Origin: a virus
Taxonomy: Duplodnaviria > Caudoviricetes
Direction: 5' to 3' (one strand)
DNA: 64,000 nucleotides
IMG/VR virus record: IMGVR_UViG_2974764813_000001
Coordinates: 32,001 to 96,000 of that record
Under the pieces are notes generated by a model. The model was not told the origin of the DNA and made no database searches. It saw nothing but the letters and a program-made list of their open reading frames with translations. A program made the position numbers and the translations under genes. Shown here piece after piece: positions 48,838 to 59,186 of the stretch. The stretch's first letter is position 1; each line of letters starts with the position of its first letter.

Positions 48838-49622
48838 CGTTCAATATCGAGACCGCCCTGCTCACCGACGCGGTGGCCGAGCGGCTCTACCGCACCCGGC
48901 CCGAACTGCGCGCCGGGCCCGACGAGTACTGCCCGACCTGCCGCAAGACCGGTGTCTACCGCTGGCAGGGTGTGGAGCACCAGTGCAACTGCGCGCGCCA
49001 ACTCCAGCTGGCCAAGCACTACTCGGCCGCCGGGATCGGCGCGACGTACCAGCGCCTGGACTGGACCGACTTCGACGGCAACGACGAACTGCTCGCCCAG
49101 ATCCTTCGCTACCTGGAGCACCACGAGCGCTACGTCACCCGCGGCATCGGCCTGATGTTCCACGGCCCCATCGGCACCGGCAAGACCATGGCCGCCAACC
49201 TGGTGCTCAAGGAGCTCATCAAACGGGGCTACAGCGGCTTCGCCACCACCTTCGCCAACACCGTGGAAGCGTTCACCTCGACGTGGGGCAACCGCGACGA
49301 GAAGGAGTGGTTCGCCCGCAAGTTCATGCAGTCGCAGGTGCTGCTGCTCGACGACCTCGGCCGCGAGTTCCGCGCCGGGGTGAACCTGCCGCAGTCCACC
49401 TTCGACATGATCCTGCGCACCCGCGTGCAGGAGGGCCGCCCCACCCTGCTCACCACCAACTGCACACTCGGCGAACTGGAGACCGGCTACGGCTCGGCGG
49501 TGCTGTCGATGCTCAAAGAGCAGAGCATCAAGCACGAGTTCCGCGGCAACGACTTCCGGCCCACCGCCAACCGCCGCACCCTCACCGAGGTCGAAGCCGA
49601 GGAGACCCGCCCCCTTGTCTGA
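48834..49622 (+). CDS. DnaC/IstB-like helicase loader ATPase
   Basis: CPTC..CNC, GPIGTGKT, LLLDDLG, LTTN. Confidence 0.85.
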   Translation: MTFNIETALLTDAVAERLYRTRPELRAGPDEYCPTCRKTGVYRWQGVEHQCNCARQLQLAKHYSAAGIGATYQRLDWTDFDGNDELLAQILRYLEHHERYVTRGIGLMFHGPIGTGKTMAANLVLKELIKRGYSGFATTFANTVEAFTSTWGNRDEKEWFARKFMQSQVLLLDDLGREFRAGVNLPQSTFDMILRTRVQEGRPTLLTTNCTLGELETGYGSAVLSMLKEQSIKHEFRGNDFRPTANRRTLTEVEAEETRPLV

Positions 49623-50856
49623 AATCGAGCGCAAGCTGCTGACCTGCCTGACCGACCCGGCCGAGATCGCCAAGGTCTACGACCTCGGTCTGGCCTCGGA
49701 GGTCTTCGAGGAGCCGATGTGCCGCCGGGCCTACGACTTCATCGTCGGCTACTGGGCCGACAACCAGATGGCCATGGCGCCGACGCGCTTCGTCCTCGAG
49801 CAGGAACTCCCCGGCTTCCGCTTCGAGGACAATGTCGAGGAGTCGGTCACCTGGCTGGCCGAGAAACTGCGCGAGCGCTGGGTCACCAACCAGCTGCAAG
49901 AGATGCTCACCGACGCCGCGTCGCACTCGGTGTCCGATCCGTACGGCACCCTCAAGAAACTGCACCAGGTGGCCTACGACGCCGCCGAGGCCGTGGCACC
50001 GCGGCTGACCCGCTCGGACATGTCCAACATCGACGAGCGCCGCGAGCGCTACCGCAACCGCTCCGAGCGCCCCGGCGGCATCGGCCTGCCGCTGGGCATC
50101 GACGAACTCGACGCCCACCACGGCGGGGTGATGCCCGGCGAGGTGGTCGTCGTCGGCGCCTACTCCAAGGTCGGCAAGACCATGTTCCTGGTCAACACCG
50201 CCACCTCCCTGCGCAAGGCGGGCTACACCCCGATCATCTTTACCCTGGAGATGGGCATCAGCGAGATCGAGGACCGCATCGACGCGATGTTCTCCGGCGT
50301 CAGCTACAACCGCTTCACCAAGGGCGACCTGCACCTCGACGAACTGCAGGCGTGGCGCACCGCCCAGGAGCAGCTGCACGAGATGGGCGGCATCCATGTC
50401 GAGAGCCCCGAGGAGGGTCAGCGCACCGTCGCACAGCTGGCCAACCGCGCCCGCCACGTCGGCGCGGACTTTCTGATCATCGACCAGCTGTCGCATATGG
50501 AGCCCGGCAAGAACACCCGTGACCTCAAAGAGCACCACGGCACGATCATGAAGCAGATGTCGGTCGAGCTCTCCCGCCCCGGCAAGGAACTGCCGTGCCT
50601 GCTGGCCGTGCAGCTGAGCCGCGACAGCCTCAACCCGGCCGAGCCGATCAGCATGAAGCACTTCGCCAACGCCGCGGAGATCGAGCGCGAGGCCGACCTG
50701 CTGCTGGCGCTGTCGCGCACCGGCGAGGAACGCCGCAACCGCATGATGAAGCTGCACATGCTCGGCTCCCGGCGCTCTGACATCAAGGACTGGATGCTGC
50801 GCTGGGATCTCATCGACCGCACCCACATCAGCGTCCTGGAGGAGGCGAACGCCTGA
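49615..50856 (+). CDS. dnaB: DnaB-like replicative helicase
   Basis: AYSKVGKT, FTLEM, IIDQL, AVQLSR, IEREAD. Confidence 0.85.
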   Translation: MSEIERKLLTCLTDPAEIAKVYDLGLASEVFEEPMCRRAYDFIVGYWADNQMAMAPTRFVLEQELPGFRFEDNVEESVTWLAEKLRERWVTNQLQEMLTDAASHSVSDPYGTLKKLHQVAYDAAEAVAPRLTRSDMSNIDERRERYRNRSERPGGIGLPLGIDELDAHHGGVMPGEVVVVGAYSKVGKTMFLVNTATSLRKAGYTPIIFTLEMGISEIEDRIDAMFSGVSYNRFTKGDLHLDELQAWRTAQEQLHEMGGIHVESPEEGQRTVAQLANRARHVGADFLIIDQLSHMEPGKNTRDLKEHHGTIMKQMSVELSRPGKELPCLLAVQLSRDSLNPAEPISMKHFANAAEIEREADLLLALSRTGEERRNRMMKLHMLGSRRSDIKDWMLRWDLIDRTHISVLEEANA

Positions 50857-51317
50857 TGGAGCTCCTGTGGTGGGCCCTGGTGGCGATCCCCGAAGTGCTG
50901 CTGGCGTTCTGGGGCACTCGGTGGCTGCTGCACCCCGACCACCGCGCCGAGCGTCTGGCGTTCTTCTCCGGGCGTTGTCGGCGATCACCGGAGAAGAAGC
51001 CGAGCACCGAGGTCGCCGTGGTCCGGCGGCCGTCCCCACCACCGCGGCGGGTGCGCTCCGAGCGGATCATCGTCGAGCCCACTGCGCTGGGTCCGCTGAT
51101 CTCTGGCTACACCTGCACGTTGTGCCACACGACCGCCCATCTCGACCGGCACAGCCCCAACGTGCCCGATGACGGTCTGTGCACCCGCTGCCGCTCGGCA
51201 GAGATCGCCCGGCAGGCCGCGCTGCGGCCCTACGAGCACGCCGTGGAGAGCGGCACCCGCGGTGTGCCGATCAACGTCACCGAGATCATCCGCGCCGTGG
51301 GAGGACTGGACCAGTGA
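50856..51317 (+). CDS. Membrane-anchored zinc-finger protein
   Basis: N-terminal TM, CTLC/CTRC. Confidence 0.55.
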   Translation: MELLWWALVAIPEVLLAFWGTRWLLHPDHRAERLAFFSGRCRRSPEKKPSTEVAVVRRPSPPPRRVRSERIIVEPTALGPLISGYTCTLCHTTAHLDRHSPNVPDDGLCTRCRSAEIARQAALRPYEHAVESGTRGVPINVTEIIRAVGGLDQ

Positions 51318-52369
51318 AGACCGGGCTGCGCGAGCTGGCCAACAAGGCGCTCTACGAGGAATACCGCCGCCGCTTGGATCCGCGGGCGATCCTGGAGCAC
51401 TACTCGGCGCAGAACTGCTCGGAGCTCGGCGGCTCGGAGGGCACCACCGAGATCGTGCACAGCTGCCTGCTCGACCGCGTCGAGCCGCACCACAGCAACG
51501 GCGACCAGAGCCCCAGCGCCTGCCTCAACATCGACAAGAAGCTCTACGTCTGCTATTCGAACGGCTGGGCAGGGGACCTGTTCCACCTGGTCGCCAAGCT
51601 GGAGGGCAAGGAGACTCTCGCCGACGCGCTGCCGGTCATCGGCCAGTTCCTCACCGGCACCGTCAGCGAGAGCGACGACCTGTGCGCCCGGCTGGAGCAG
51701 CTGTTCGCCCGGCCCGACGCCGCGCTACTGGACCCGCCGACCTACCACGAGCGCATCCTCGACGCCTGGCGCGGGGTGCACCCGTACCTGTATGAGCGCG
51801 GCATCACCGACGAGGCCGCGGCCGCGCTGCGGCTGGGCTACGACGACCGCGAGAACCGCATCGTGTTCCCGCACTTTTGGGACGGCAAGCTCGTCGGCTG
51901 GCAGAAGCGCACCATCCCCGCGCGCGCCCAGTGGCCCGGCACCTGGCCGGACTACCCGAAGTACCGCAACTGCTCGGGCATGCCGAAGTCCGAGACGCTC
52001 TACCACTACGACGCCGCGCGCGCCTACACCAGTGCCATCATCGTGGAGAGCCCGATGAGCGTGGCCAAGGCCGTGAGCCTGGGTCTGGACAACGTTGTGG
52101 CGACCTTCGGCGCCAAGGTCTCCGAGCATCAGATCGCCCAGATGCGCGACTTCAAGACCGTCTACGTGTGGTTCGACTCCGACCCGTCCGGCCGGGCGGG
52201 GGAGCGCAAGATCGTCGAGGGCCTCTACCGCCACGTGGACGTCCAGGTGGTGTTGCCCGAGCAGGACAAGGACCTCGGCGACTACGACACCCTCGACGAG
52301 GTGCTGGGAATGCTCAGCACCGCCGTCCCCGCGGCGCTGCGCCGCGCCCAGTACCCCAGAAAGCGATGA
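51314..52369 (+). CDS. DNA primase (Zn-binding + TOPRIM)
   Basis: RIVFP, YPKY, IIVES, WFDSDPSG, KDLGD. Confidence 0.85.
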   Translation: MKTGLRELANKALYEEYRRRLDPRAILEHYSAQNCSELGGSEGTTEIVHSCLLDRVEPHHSNGDQSPSACLNIDKKLYVCYSNGWAGDLFHLVAKLEGKETLADALPVIGQFLTGTVSESDDLCARLEQLFARPDAALLDPPTYHERILDAWRGVHPYLYERGITDEAAAALRLGYDDRENRIVFPHFWDGKLVGWQKRTIPARAQWPGTWPDYPKYRNCSGMPKSETLYHYDAARAYTSAIIVESPMSVAKAVSLGLDNVVATFGAKVSEHQIAQMRDFKTVYVWFDSDPSGRAGERKIVEGLYRHVDVQVVLPEQDKDLGDYDTLDEVLGMLSTAVPAALRRAQYPRKR

Positions 52370-52701
52370 CCATGGCCTACGGCGACGACTACATCGACCA
52401 CTTCAGCAACGAGAAGTACGAGGCCCACCGCACCAACGTCGAGCAGGCCCGCGCCCTGGGCTTCCGGGACCTCTCGCCGAGGAACTCCTGGGGCACCGAC
52501 TGCGGCGAGCACGTCGCGGTGTGTCAGCAGTGCTTTGCGATGGTGCACTACCCGCTGACCGACACCAGCCAGACCTGGCCGCCCAGGACCGAATATGTGA
52601 AGGGCACCGACACGCTGCGTGCGCACCTGCAGAGCGTGCACGGTGCCTCGGCTGAGGAGGACGACCATGGAGTGCACCGAGGAGACCCTGCCCAGCGGTG
52701 A
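52366..52701 (+). CDS. Hypothetical protein
   Basis: ATGA coupling; CQQC...HLQSVH. Confidence 0.55.
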   Translation: MTMAYGDDYIDHFSNEKYEAHRTNVEQARALGFRDLSPRNSWGTDCGEHVAVCQQCFAMVHYPLTDTSQTWPPRTEYVKGTDTLRAHLQSVHGASAEEDDHGVHRGDPAQR

Positions 52702-52924
52702 GCGCGTGCTGTGCCACCCGCCGTGTGAGACCTTCCCACAGGGCCGTCAGGTCCTGATCTCCGACAGCTCGGCCAGCCGGTTGCGCTCCCGGCTGCTCGC
52801 CCAGGACGCCGACCTCGCGCAGGCGCACGACGAGCTGGCGCAGGCGCAGCAGGCGCGGCTGACCGAGGCGCAGACGTCGCTGGCCACCGGCGATGCCGTG
52901 CCCCCGGAGAAGCGCTTCATCTAG
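52667..52924 (+). CDS. Hypothetical protein
   Basis: GAGGAGG RBS. Confidence 0.55.
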   Translation: MECTEETLPSGERVLCHPPCETFPQGRQVLISDSSASRLRSRLLAQDADLAQAHDELAQAQQARLTEAQTSLATGDAVPPEKRFI

Positions 52925-53047
52925 ACCAGTTCTATACGAATCCCATTCTGACTCTGTACTAAGTCGGTGTGTGGTGGTAATGTTCATGGCAGCCACCAAG
53001 AAGCACTTCGGCTAACGCAATCCGAGTACAGAGAAGGTATAGAATTC

Positions 53048-54028
53048 ATGCAATCTGGGTTCGCGAGCCTGCAGAAGGCCATCGAAGAGAGCAAGAACAA
53101 CGGGGACTTCTCCGGCGGTTCGCTCAGCTACTTCAGCTGGAAGGACAAGGACCGCAAGTTCGTCCGGTTCCTCACCGACGCGGTGATCACCGCCGACTTC
53201 CACGAGTTCATCATCACCAACGACGGCAAGACCAAGAGCTTCCTGATCGACCCGGACAAGGGTGACTTCGTCGCCAAGTACGCCAGCCCGGTGCCCGGCC
53301 TCGGGTGGCGCCAGGACTTCAAGACCAAGCAGGCCGCCGAGCGCAAGCCGTCGAAGAAGACCGTCGGCGTCGCTGTCCTGCGTGACCGCGTGCCCGTCGA
53401 GGGCGGCGGCTTCGAGATGGTCGACGTGCTCATCGACGCCGACGACAACGGCACCGCGGTGCGTGGCCGCAGCTTCGGCCTGATCACCCAGTCGCACGGC
53501 AACTTCTGGAAGTCGCTGATCGGCTACTTCGAGCTCTACGGCACGATCTGCGACCGCGACTACATGATCGTGCGCGAGGGCTCCGGCACCGACACCTCCT
53601 ACACGATCACCCCGGTCGACCCGATCCCCGAACTCAAGGACATCGCCGTGGTCCAGGAGTTCTACGGCTACGGCCGCCCGTGGAACAAGGACGACCCGGA
53701 GCGCTTCCTGTTCTGCCCGCAGACCCTCGAGGAGTGGGCCGACTACTACTCCGGCGAAGAGCGGGCCAAGCACTGGCTGGAGCCCAAGGACGGCACCGCC
53801 GTCGCTCCGCAGGGCCCCGCACCCTCGCTGAGCGCCCCGGTGGTCTCCACCGCCACCGGTGCCCCGGTGGTGCACCAGCAGCAGGTGCCCGCCCCGGCAC
53901 CGGCCTTCACCCCGGCCTTCGTGCCCACCGGCGCTGACGAGGCCCAGGCCGGACCGGCTCCGGCGGTCGCCGTCGGCGGCAACACCGAGTTCGCGGGACT
54001 GCGCGCACGGCTGCTCGACAAGAAGTAG
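53048..54028 (+). CDS. Single-stranded DNA-binding protein (gp32-like)
   Basis: FVRFLTD, DRDYMIVREGSGTDTSY; flexible tail; upstream of the polymerase. Confidence 0.6.
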   Translation: MQSGFASLQKAIEESKNNGDFSGGSLSYFSWKDKDRKFVRFLTDAVITADFHEFIITNDGKTKSFLIDPDKGDFVAKYASPVPGLGWRQDFKTKQAAERKPSKKTVGVAVLRDRVPVEGGGFEMVDVLIDADDNGTAVRGRSFGLITQSHGNFWKSLIGYFELYGTICDRDYMIVREGSGTDTSYTITPVDPIPELKDIAVVQEFYGYGRPWNKDDPERFLFCPQTLEEWADYYSGEERAKHWLEPKDGTAVAPQGPAPSLSAPVVSTATGAPVVHQQQVPAPAPAFTPAFVPTGADEAQAGPAPAVAVGGNTEFAGLRARLLDKK

Positions 54029-54073
54029 CCACCGCGCAACCCCTCAGACCCGTTATGGGGCGGTGATGAACGA

Positions 54074-54115
54074 GAGCCCAGGACCCTGCTTTGGGAGGCG
54101 AGGGGTCCTGGGCTC
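54074..54115 (+). terminator. Stem-loop between SSB and dnaE
   Basis: gagcccaggaccct...ggggtcctgggctc; weak U-tail. Confidence 0.55.
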
Positions 54116-54144
54116 TCCATCTCTGCCTGCGAACAGGAGGCACC

Positions 54145-57100
54145 GTGAGCAAACAGGTCCATCTGCACAATCACAGCGAAGGCTCATTCCTCGACGGCTA
54201 CGCCACCGTCACCGACATGGCCAAGCGCACCGTCGAACTCGGCCAGGGCGCCGCGGCGATCACTGACCACGGCGAGTGCGTCAACCACCTGGCCTTCCAG
54301 AAGGCGTGCCTGGCCGAGGGCATCAAGCCCATCTTCGGCATGGAGGGCTACCTCCACCATGACATCGGCGCCGCGATGGCCGCGGGCGTCTACCCCTCAG
54401 ACCTGTCGCACCTGTGCCTGCTGGCCAAGGACCAGAAGGGTCTGAGCAACCTGTGGGCGATCTCTTCGATTGCCTACGACTCCCGGCACTTCTACTACCG
54501 GCCGCTGGCCGACCACGCGCTGCTGCGTGAGTACTCCGAGGGCATCTACGCCTCCGATGGCTGCATGATGACCACTCTCGGCCGCGCCATCATCAACGGC
54601 GACGAGGACACCGCACGTCAGTACGCCGCGGGCCTGCTCGACATCTACGGCGACAACTTCTACATCGAGCTGCACACCTGGCAGTTCATGAACCCCAGCG
54701 TCGACGACGAGGTCGAGTTCTTCAAGAAGAAGATGTCCACGGTCGCGGCCAACCAGCTGATGACCGACGTCAACCAGGCCAAGCTGCGCTTCGCCCGTGA
54801 GATGGGCGTGCCCTTCGTCGTCGTCAACGACGCACACCACGTGCGGCCGGAGGACTGGCTCAAGAAGGACATGGCCAACAAGATCAACAAGGACAAGGGT
54901 GACCAGCTGGCCGACGGCCAAAAGGCCGACCACCTCATGGGCGAAGACGAGCTCGTCTACTGGATGGCCCGCCATGGCATCGGCGCCGACGTGGTCGCCG
55001 AGGCCATCGAGAACTCCTACCGCATCGCCGAGAACTGCAACGCCGAGATCAAGCCGATGCTGAAGATGCCCACCTTCACCACCGGCGAGCACGACGACAT
55101 GGTCGCCTTCATCGACGCCGTCGAGCAGGGCTTCAAGCGCAAGGTGATCGAGGGCGGCCTGGACGCCGAGACCTACTTTCGGCGCATGGAGTACGAGGTC
55201 GAACTGATCTGCCAGCGCCGCTTCGCGGGCTACTTCCTCACCGTGGCCGACTACGTGCGCGCGGCCAAGGACGGCAGCTGGAAGCAGTACGTGGTCTCCG
55301 GCGCCGAGCGCGACCCGATGCGCTGCGGGCCCGGCCGCGGCTCTGCCGGTGGCGCGCTGGTGTCGTGGCTGATGGGCATCACCGCGGTGGATCCGATCAA
55401 GTACGACCTGCTCTTCGAGCGGTTCCTCAACCCCGACCGCAAGGGCTTCCCCGACATCGACGTCGACTTCCCGCAGTCGCGACTGCGCGACATGTACCGC
55501 TACCTGCAGGCCCGTCACGGTGCCGACCACGTCTGCGCGCTGGCCACCGTCGGCCGCAACGGACCCAAGGGCATGCTCAAAGACCTCGGCCGCGCGATGA
55601 AGATCCCGTACGCCGACATCGAGGCGATGAGCAAGATCATCGAGTCGGCCATCGAGATCGTCGCCGCCGAACAAGAGGCCGCCGACGAGCAGACCGGCCA
55701 GGACGCCGAGGACGAGCTCACCTGGGACCGGGTGCTCTCGGAGAAGGGCGGCGACCTCGCGCCCTACGCCAAGCGCCACCCCGAACTGTTCAACCTGCTC
55801 GGCGAGATGGTCGGCGTCGCGCGCAACTCCGGCAAGCACGCCTCGGGAGTGCTGATCAACGACGACCCCCTGCTGGGCGTCATCCCGCTGCGCACCCGCA
55901 AGCACCGCACCGCCGACGAGATCGTCACCACCCAGTGGGACATGTGGGAGATCGAGGAGATGGGCGGGGTGAAGTTCGACCTGCTGGGCCTGCGCCACCT
56001 CGACACCCTCGACGGCGCGGCCAAACAGGTCGCCAAGCGCCACGGCATCGACCTGGACTTCGAGGCGTTCGACGCCGAGTTGAGCGAGCCCGCCATCTGG
56101 GAGCCCATCGACCAGGGCCGCACTACTGGCATCTTCCAGATCGAGACGCCCGGCACCACCCGCACCGCGGTGGACCTCAAGCCGCGCAACGAGCTCGACC
56201 TGGCCGCCCTGGTGAGCATCATCCGACCCGGCGTCAAGGACGCGGGGGAGACCGAGCGCTTCCTCAAGCGCCGCGCCGGACTGGAGCCGGTGCGCTACGA
56301 CCACCCGCTGATGGAGCCGATCACCTCCGAGACCTACGGCATCCTGGTCTACCAGGAGCAGATGATCCGCGCAGCCAAGGACCTGGCCGGATTCACCGCC
56401 GGTGAGGCCGACGAGCTGCGCAAGGTCACCGCCAAGAAGCTCGCCGACAAGATCGCGCCCTTCGAGGCCAAGTTCCGCGACGGCTGCCTGGCCAACCCGG
56501 AGTTCATGGCCGCGGTCAACGGCAACCAGAAGGCCGCCGAGAAGGCGATCACCAAGATCTGGGCGTCGATCAACGCCTCGGCGCGGTACTCGTTCAACAA
56601 GTCCCACGCCGTGGGCTACTCGCTGATCTCCAACTGGGAGACGTGGCTGAGCTACCACTACCCGCCGGAGTACGTCGTCGAGCTCATGGCCACCGACTCC
56701 AAGAACATCAATCGCTACGTGCGCGAGGCCCGGCGCCAGGGCATCCCGATCCTGCCGCCGGACATCAACGAGAGCGGCCGCAAGTTCACCCTCACCGACG
56801 ACGCCATCCGCTACGGCCTGGACACCGTGGACAAGGTCGGCGACGCGGCGGCGGCCGACATCCTGGAGAAGCGCCCCTACACCAGCTACACCGACTTCCT
56901 GGAGCGCACCAAGCTCAACAAGACTCAGATCATCAACCTGATCCGCATCGGGGCCTTCGACAGCCTGGCGTATGACCCGGAGCGTGACGGCGACTGGATC
57001 CCGACGTGTCGCACCCGGCTGCTGCAGCAGTACCACGAGCACCGGGTGTGGATGAAGGTTGCACCGGGCAAGCGCGCCAAGCTCGAGGAGAGCAACCAGC

Positions 57101-57597
57101 GCGCGGCGCACCTGGAGACCTGGTTCGCCAACTTCGTCACGCGCAAAGGTCAGGCCGCCTTCGACGCCGAGTTCGGCCTGCCCGACTTCACCGACCCCGA
57201 CGTCATCTACGAGATCGAGCAGGAGCTCGTCGGCAACTACGTGCTTGTCGACCCGATGGAGCCGTACCTGGCGGCGCTGGACGCGGTCGCGATCAAGGAC
57301 CCCTCCGAGCTCACCGAGCGCACCGTCGGCGACGTGTTCGTCATCGGCGGGCAGGTCTCCAAGGTCAAGAAGCACATCGTCAAGAACGGCCGCAGCGCCG
57401 GGCAGGAGATGGCCTTCATCGGCGTCACCTTCAACGAGACCGACTTCGACATCACGGTGTTCTCCGAGACCTGGCGCGAGGTCAAGTCGATCATCAAGGA
57501 GGGCGTGCCGGTGGCCTGCCAGGTCATCCGCGACAACCGCGGCTGCCACCTGTCCAGCGTGGAGCGCCTGGACCTGCTGTGGGCCGAGGCCAGCTGA
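54145..57597 (+). CDS. dnaE: DNA polymerase III alpha subunit
   Basis: HLHNHSEGSFLDG PHP, TDHG, GRGSAGG, PDIDVDF, KFDLLGL, FNKSHA; AGGAGG RBS. Confidence 0.95.
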   Translation: MSKQVHLHNHSEGSFLDGYATVTDMAKRTVELGQGAAAITDHGECVNHLAFQKACLAEGIKPIFGMEGYLHHDIGAAMAAGVYPSDLSHLCLLAKDQKGLSNLWAISSIAYDSRHFYYRPLADHALLREYSEGIYASDGCMMTTLGRAIINGDEDTARQYAAGLLDIYGDNFYIELHTWQFMNPSVDDEVEFFKKKMSTVAANQLMTDVNQAKLRFAREMGVPFVVVNDAHHVRPEDWLKKDMANKINKDKGDQLADGQKADHLMGEDELVYWMARHGIGADVVAEAIENSYRIAENCNAEIKPMLKMPTFTTGEHDDMVAFIDAVEQGFKRKVIEGGLDAETYFRRMEYEVELICQRRFAGYFLTVADYVRAAKDGSWKQYVVSGAERDPMRCGPGRGSAGGALVSWLMGITAVDPIKYDLLFERFLNPDRKGFPDIDVDFPQSRLRDMYRYLQARHGADHVCALATVGRNGPKGMLKDLGRAMKIPYADIEAMSKIIESAIEIVAAEQEAADEQTGQDAEDELTWDRVLSEKGGDLAPYAKRHPELFNLLGEMVGVARNSGKHASGVLINDDPLLGVIPLRTRKHRTADEIVTTQWDMWEIEEMGGVKFDLLGLRHLDTLDGAAKQVAKRHGIDLDFEAFDAELSEPAIWEPIDQGRTTGIFQIETPGTTRTAVDLKPRNELDLAALVSIIRPGVKDAGETERFLKRRAGLEPVRYDHPLMEPITSETYGILVYQEQMIRAAKDLAGFTAGEADELRKVTAKKLADKIAPFEAKFRDGCLANPEFMAAVNGNQKAAEKAITKIWASINASARYSFNKSHAVGYSLISNWETWLSYHYPPEYVVELMATDSKNINRYVREARRQGIPILPPDINESGRKFTLTDDAIRYGLDTVDKVGDAAAADILEKRPYTSYTDFLERTKLNKTQIINLIRIGAFDSLAYDPERDGDWIPTCRTRLLQQYHEHRVWMKVAPGKRAKLEESNQRAAHLETWFANFVTRKGQAAFDAEFGLPDFTDPDVIYEIEQELVGNYVLVDPMEPYLAALDAVAIKDPSELTERTVGDVFVIGGQVSKVKKHIVKNGRSAGQEMAFIGVTFNETDFDITVFSETWREVKSIIKEGVPVACQVIRDNRGCHLSSVERLDLLWAEAS

Positions 57598-57941
57598 TGA
57601 AACTCGAGTTCACCATCGAGCACGTTTCGCCCGAAGAAGACCTGGCCAACCGTGCGATGTCGCTGGTCATGGGCTACCAGCAGCGCCGCCTCGGACCGCG
57701 CCAAGAGCAGATGCTGCTCGACATGGCCGCCCACGGCAGGCCCGGCTTCTTCGGCGACAGTGCCGCCAACCGCGACGTGCTCGCCCGCCTGGAACGTCGC
57801 GGCCTGGTCCGCGTGCAGCCCGGCACCCCTGACCTCCAACCCGGCTGGGCCGCTTCCCGGCCCTGGCGACTGACCAAGTTCGGCAAAGCCGTCGCCGCCG
57901 CCCTCACCACAGTTAGGAGCCCCCATGACCACAGCAGCTGA
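57597..57941 (+). CDS. Winged-helix-like hypothetical protein
   Basis: VLARLERRGLV...WRLTKFG. Confidence 0.55.
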   Translation: MKLEFTIEHVSPEEDLANRAMSLVMGYQQRRLGPRQEQMLLDMAAHGRPGFFGDSAANRDVLARLERRGLVRVQPGTPDLQPGWAASRPWRLTKFGKAVAAALTTVRSPHDHSS

Positions 57942-59058
57942 CCGCCTTCTGAGCGGCATGCGCAAACAGTTCGGCGACGACGCCAAGATCGGGTTCGCCG
58001 CCGACATGGTGGCCGACCGCAGCTTCCGCTCGTCGGGCTCGCTGGCTCTGGACGTCGCGCTGGGCAACGGCGGGTTCCCCACCAACCGCGTGGTGGAGAT
58101 CTGCGGCGCCGAGCACGTCGGCAAGACCTCGCTGGCCATGCTCACCATGAAGACCTTCCTGCACGCCCAGCCCGACCGGCTCGGCCTGCTGCTGGACTGC
58201 GAGCACAAGAGCGACGCGCACTGGGTCTCGCAGCTGATCGGCGAGGACCTCATGGAGCGGGTGATGATCGTGCAGCCGCTGCACATCGAGCAGGCCACCG
58301 ACATGTACGTCAAGGCTGTGGCCGGTGACCCCAAGGAGGGCATCCCGCCGGGTATCACCTCGATTGCCGTGCTCGACTCCATCGGCGGTGCGCCCAGCAT
58401 GCAGTCGGTGAACAAGTCGGCCGAGATCGGCACCATGGGCGGCAACGCTATCGGCGTCGGCCGGTTCTCCCGGCTGGCCGCCAGCCACTCCAACATCTTC
58501 AACTGCCTGACCATTGGCATCAACCAGGTGCGCGACGACTTCTCGGGCATGCACCAGATCAACCGGCCCGGCGGGCACGCCTGGAAGCACGCCATCACCC
58601 AGAGCGTGCACCTGCGCAAGGCTGCGGGCCGAGTCACCGAGAAGCAGGACGGCGTGGATGTGCCGGTTGGCCAGGAGGTCAAGGGCCGCCTGATCAAGAA
58701 CGGCTGCGCCCCGCCATACCGCGTGGCCACCTGGTGGTTCTTCAACGTGCCCACCGAGGGCCGCGGGGTCGGCATCGACACCATGGAGGAGATCGAGCGC
58801 CTGTCGATCCTCACCGGCGTGGTCACCCAGGGCGGCGGCTGGTACAACCACCCGGCCATCGACGGCGGCAAGATCAAGGGCAAGGACGCCTTCAAGGCCG
58901 CCATGCGTGCCGACGCCGCGCTGCAGGCCACCATCGTCAGCGAGACCCGCGCTCGCCTGGCCGAGGTCGCCGGTCAGGTCGCGCCGGTCGAGGCCGACCC
59001 CGAGGCCGCGCCGATGACCACCGGCATGAGCGCGCTGGCCGAACGGATCGGCTCATGA
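57925..59058 (+). CDS. recA: RecA-like recombinase
   Basis: SGSLALDVALGNGGFP, GAEHVGKT, VLDS, INQVR, PGG. Confidence 0.9.
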   Translation: MTTAADRLLSGMRKQFGDDAKIGFAADMVADRSFRSSGSLALDVALGNGGFPTNRVVEICGAEHVGKTSLAMLTMKTFLHAQPDRLGLLLDCEHKSDAHWVSQLIGEDLMERVMIVQPLHIEQATDMYVKAVAGDPKEGIPPGITSIAVLDSIGGAPSMQSVNKSAEIGTMGGNAIGVGRFSRLAASHSNIFNCLTIGINQVRDDFSGMHQINRPGGHAWKHAITQSVHLRKAAGRVTEKQDGVDVPVGQEVKGRLIKNGCAPPYRVATWWFFNVPTEGRGVGIDTMEEIERLSILTGVVTQGGGWYNHPAIDGGKIKGKDAFKAAMRADAALQATIVSETRARLAEVAGQVAPVEADPEAAPMTTGMSALAERIGS

Positions 59059-59186
59059 TCCGCTGGTGGCACCGCGCGGTGCTGGGCCACACCCAGGAGC
59101 ACCGCCGGGTGACGGTGCCGCTGTTCGACCCGTTCGCCAAGGGCGAGCTCATCGTGTGCAGCTGTCATCGGAGCTGGGCGCGGTGA
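59055..59186 (+). CDS. Small hypothetical protein (43 aa)
   Basis: Coupled at both ends (ATGA, GTGA). Confidence 0.45.
   Translation: MIRWWHRAVLGHTQEHRRVTVPLFDPFAKGELIVCSCHRSWAR

Noticed and set aside
49615-59058. Inteins or introns in DnaB, DnaE, RecA
   Set aside because: Lengths are ordinary; no C...HN-C/S/T splice motifs or frame interruptions seen
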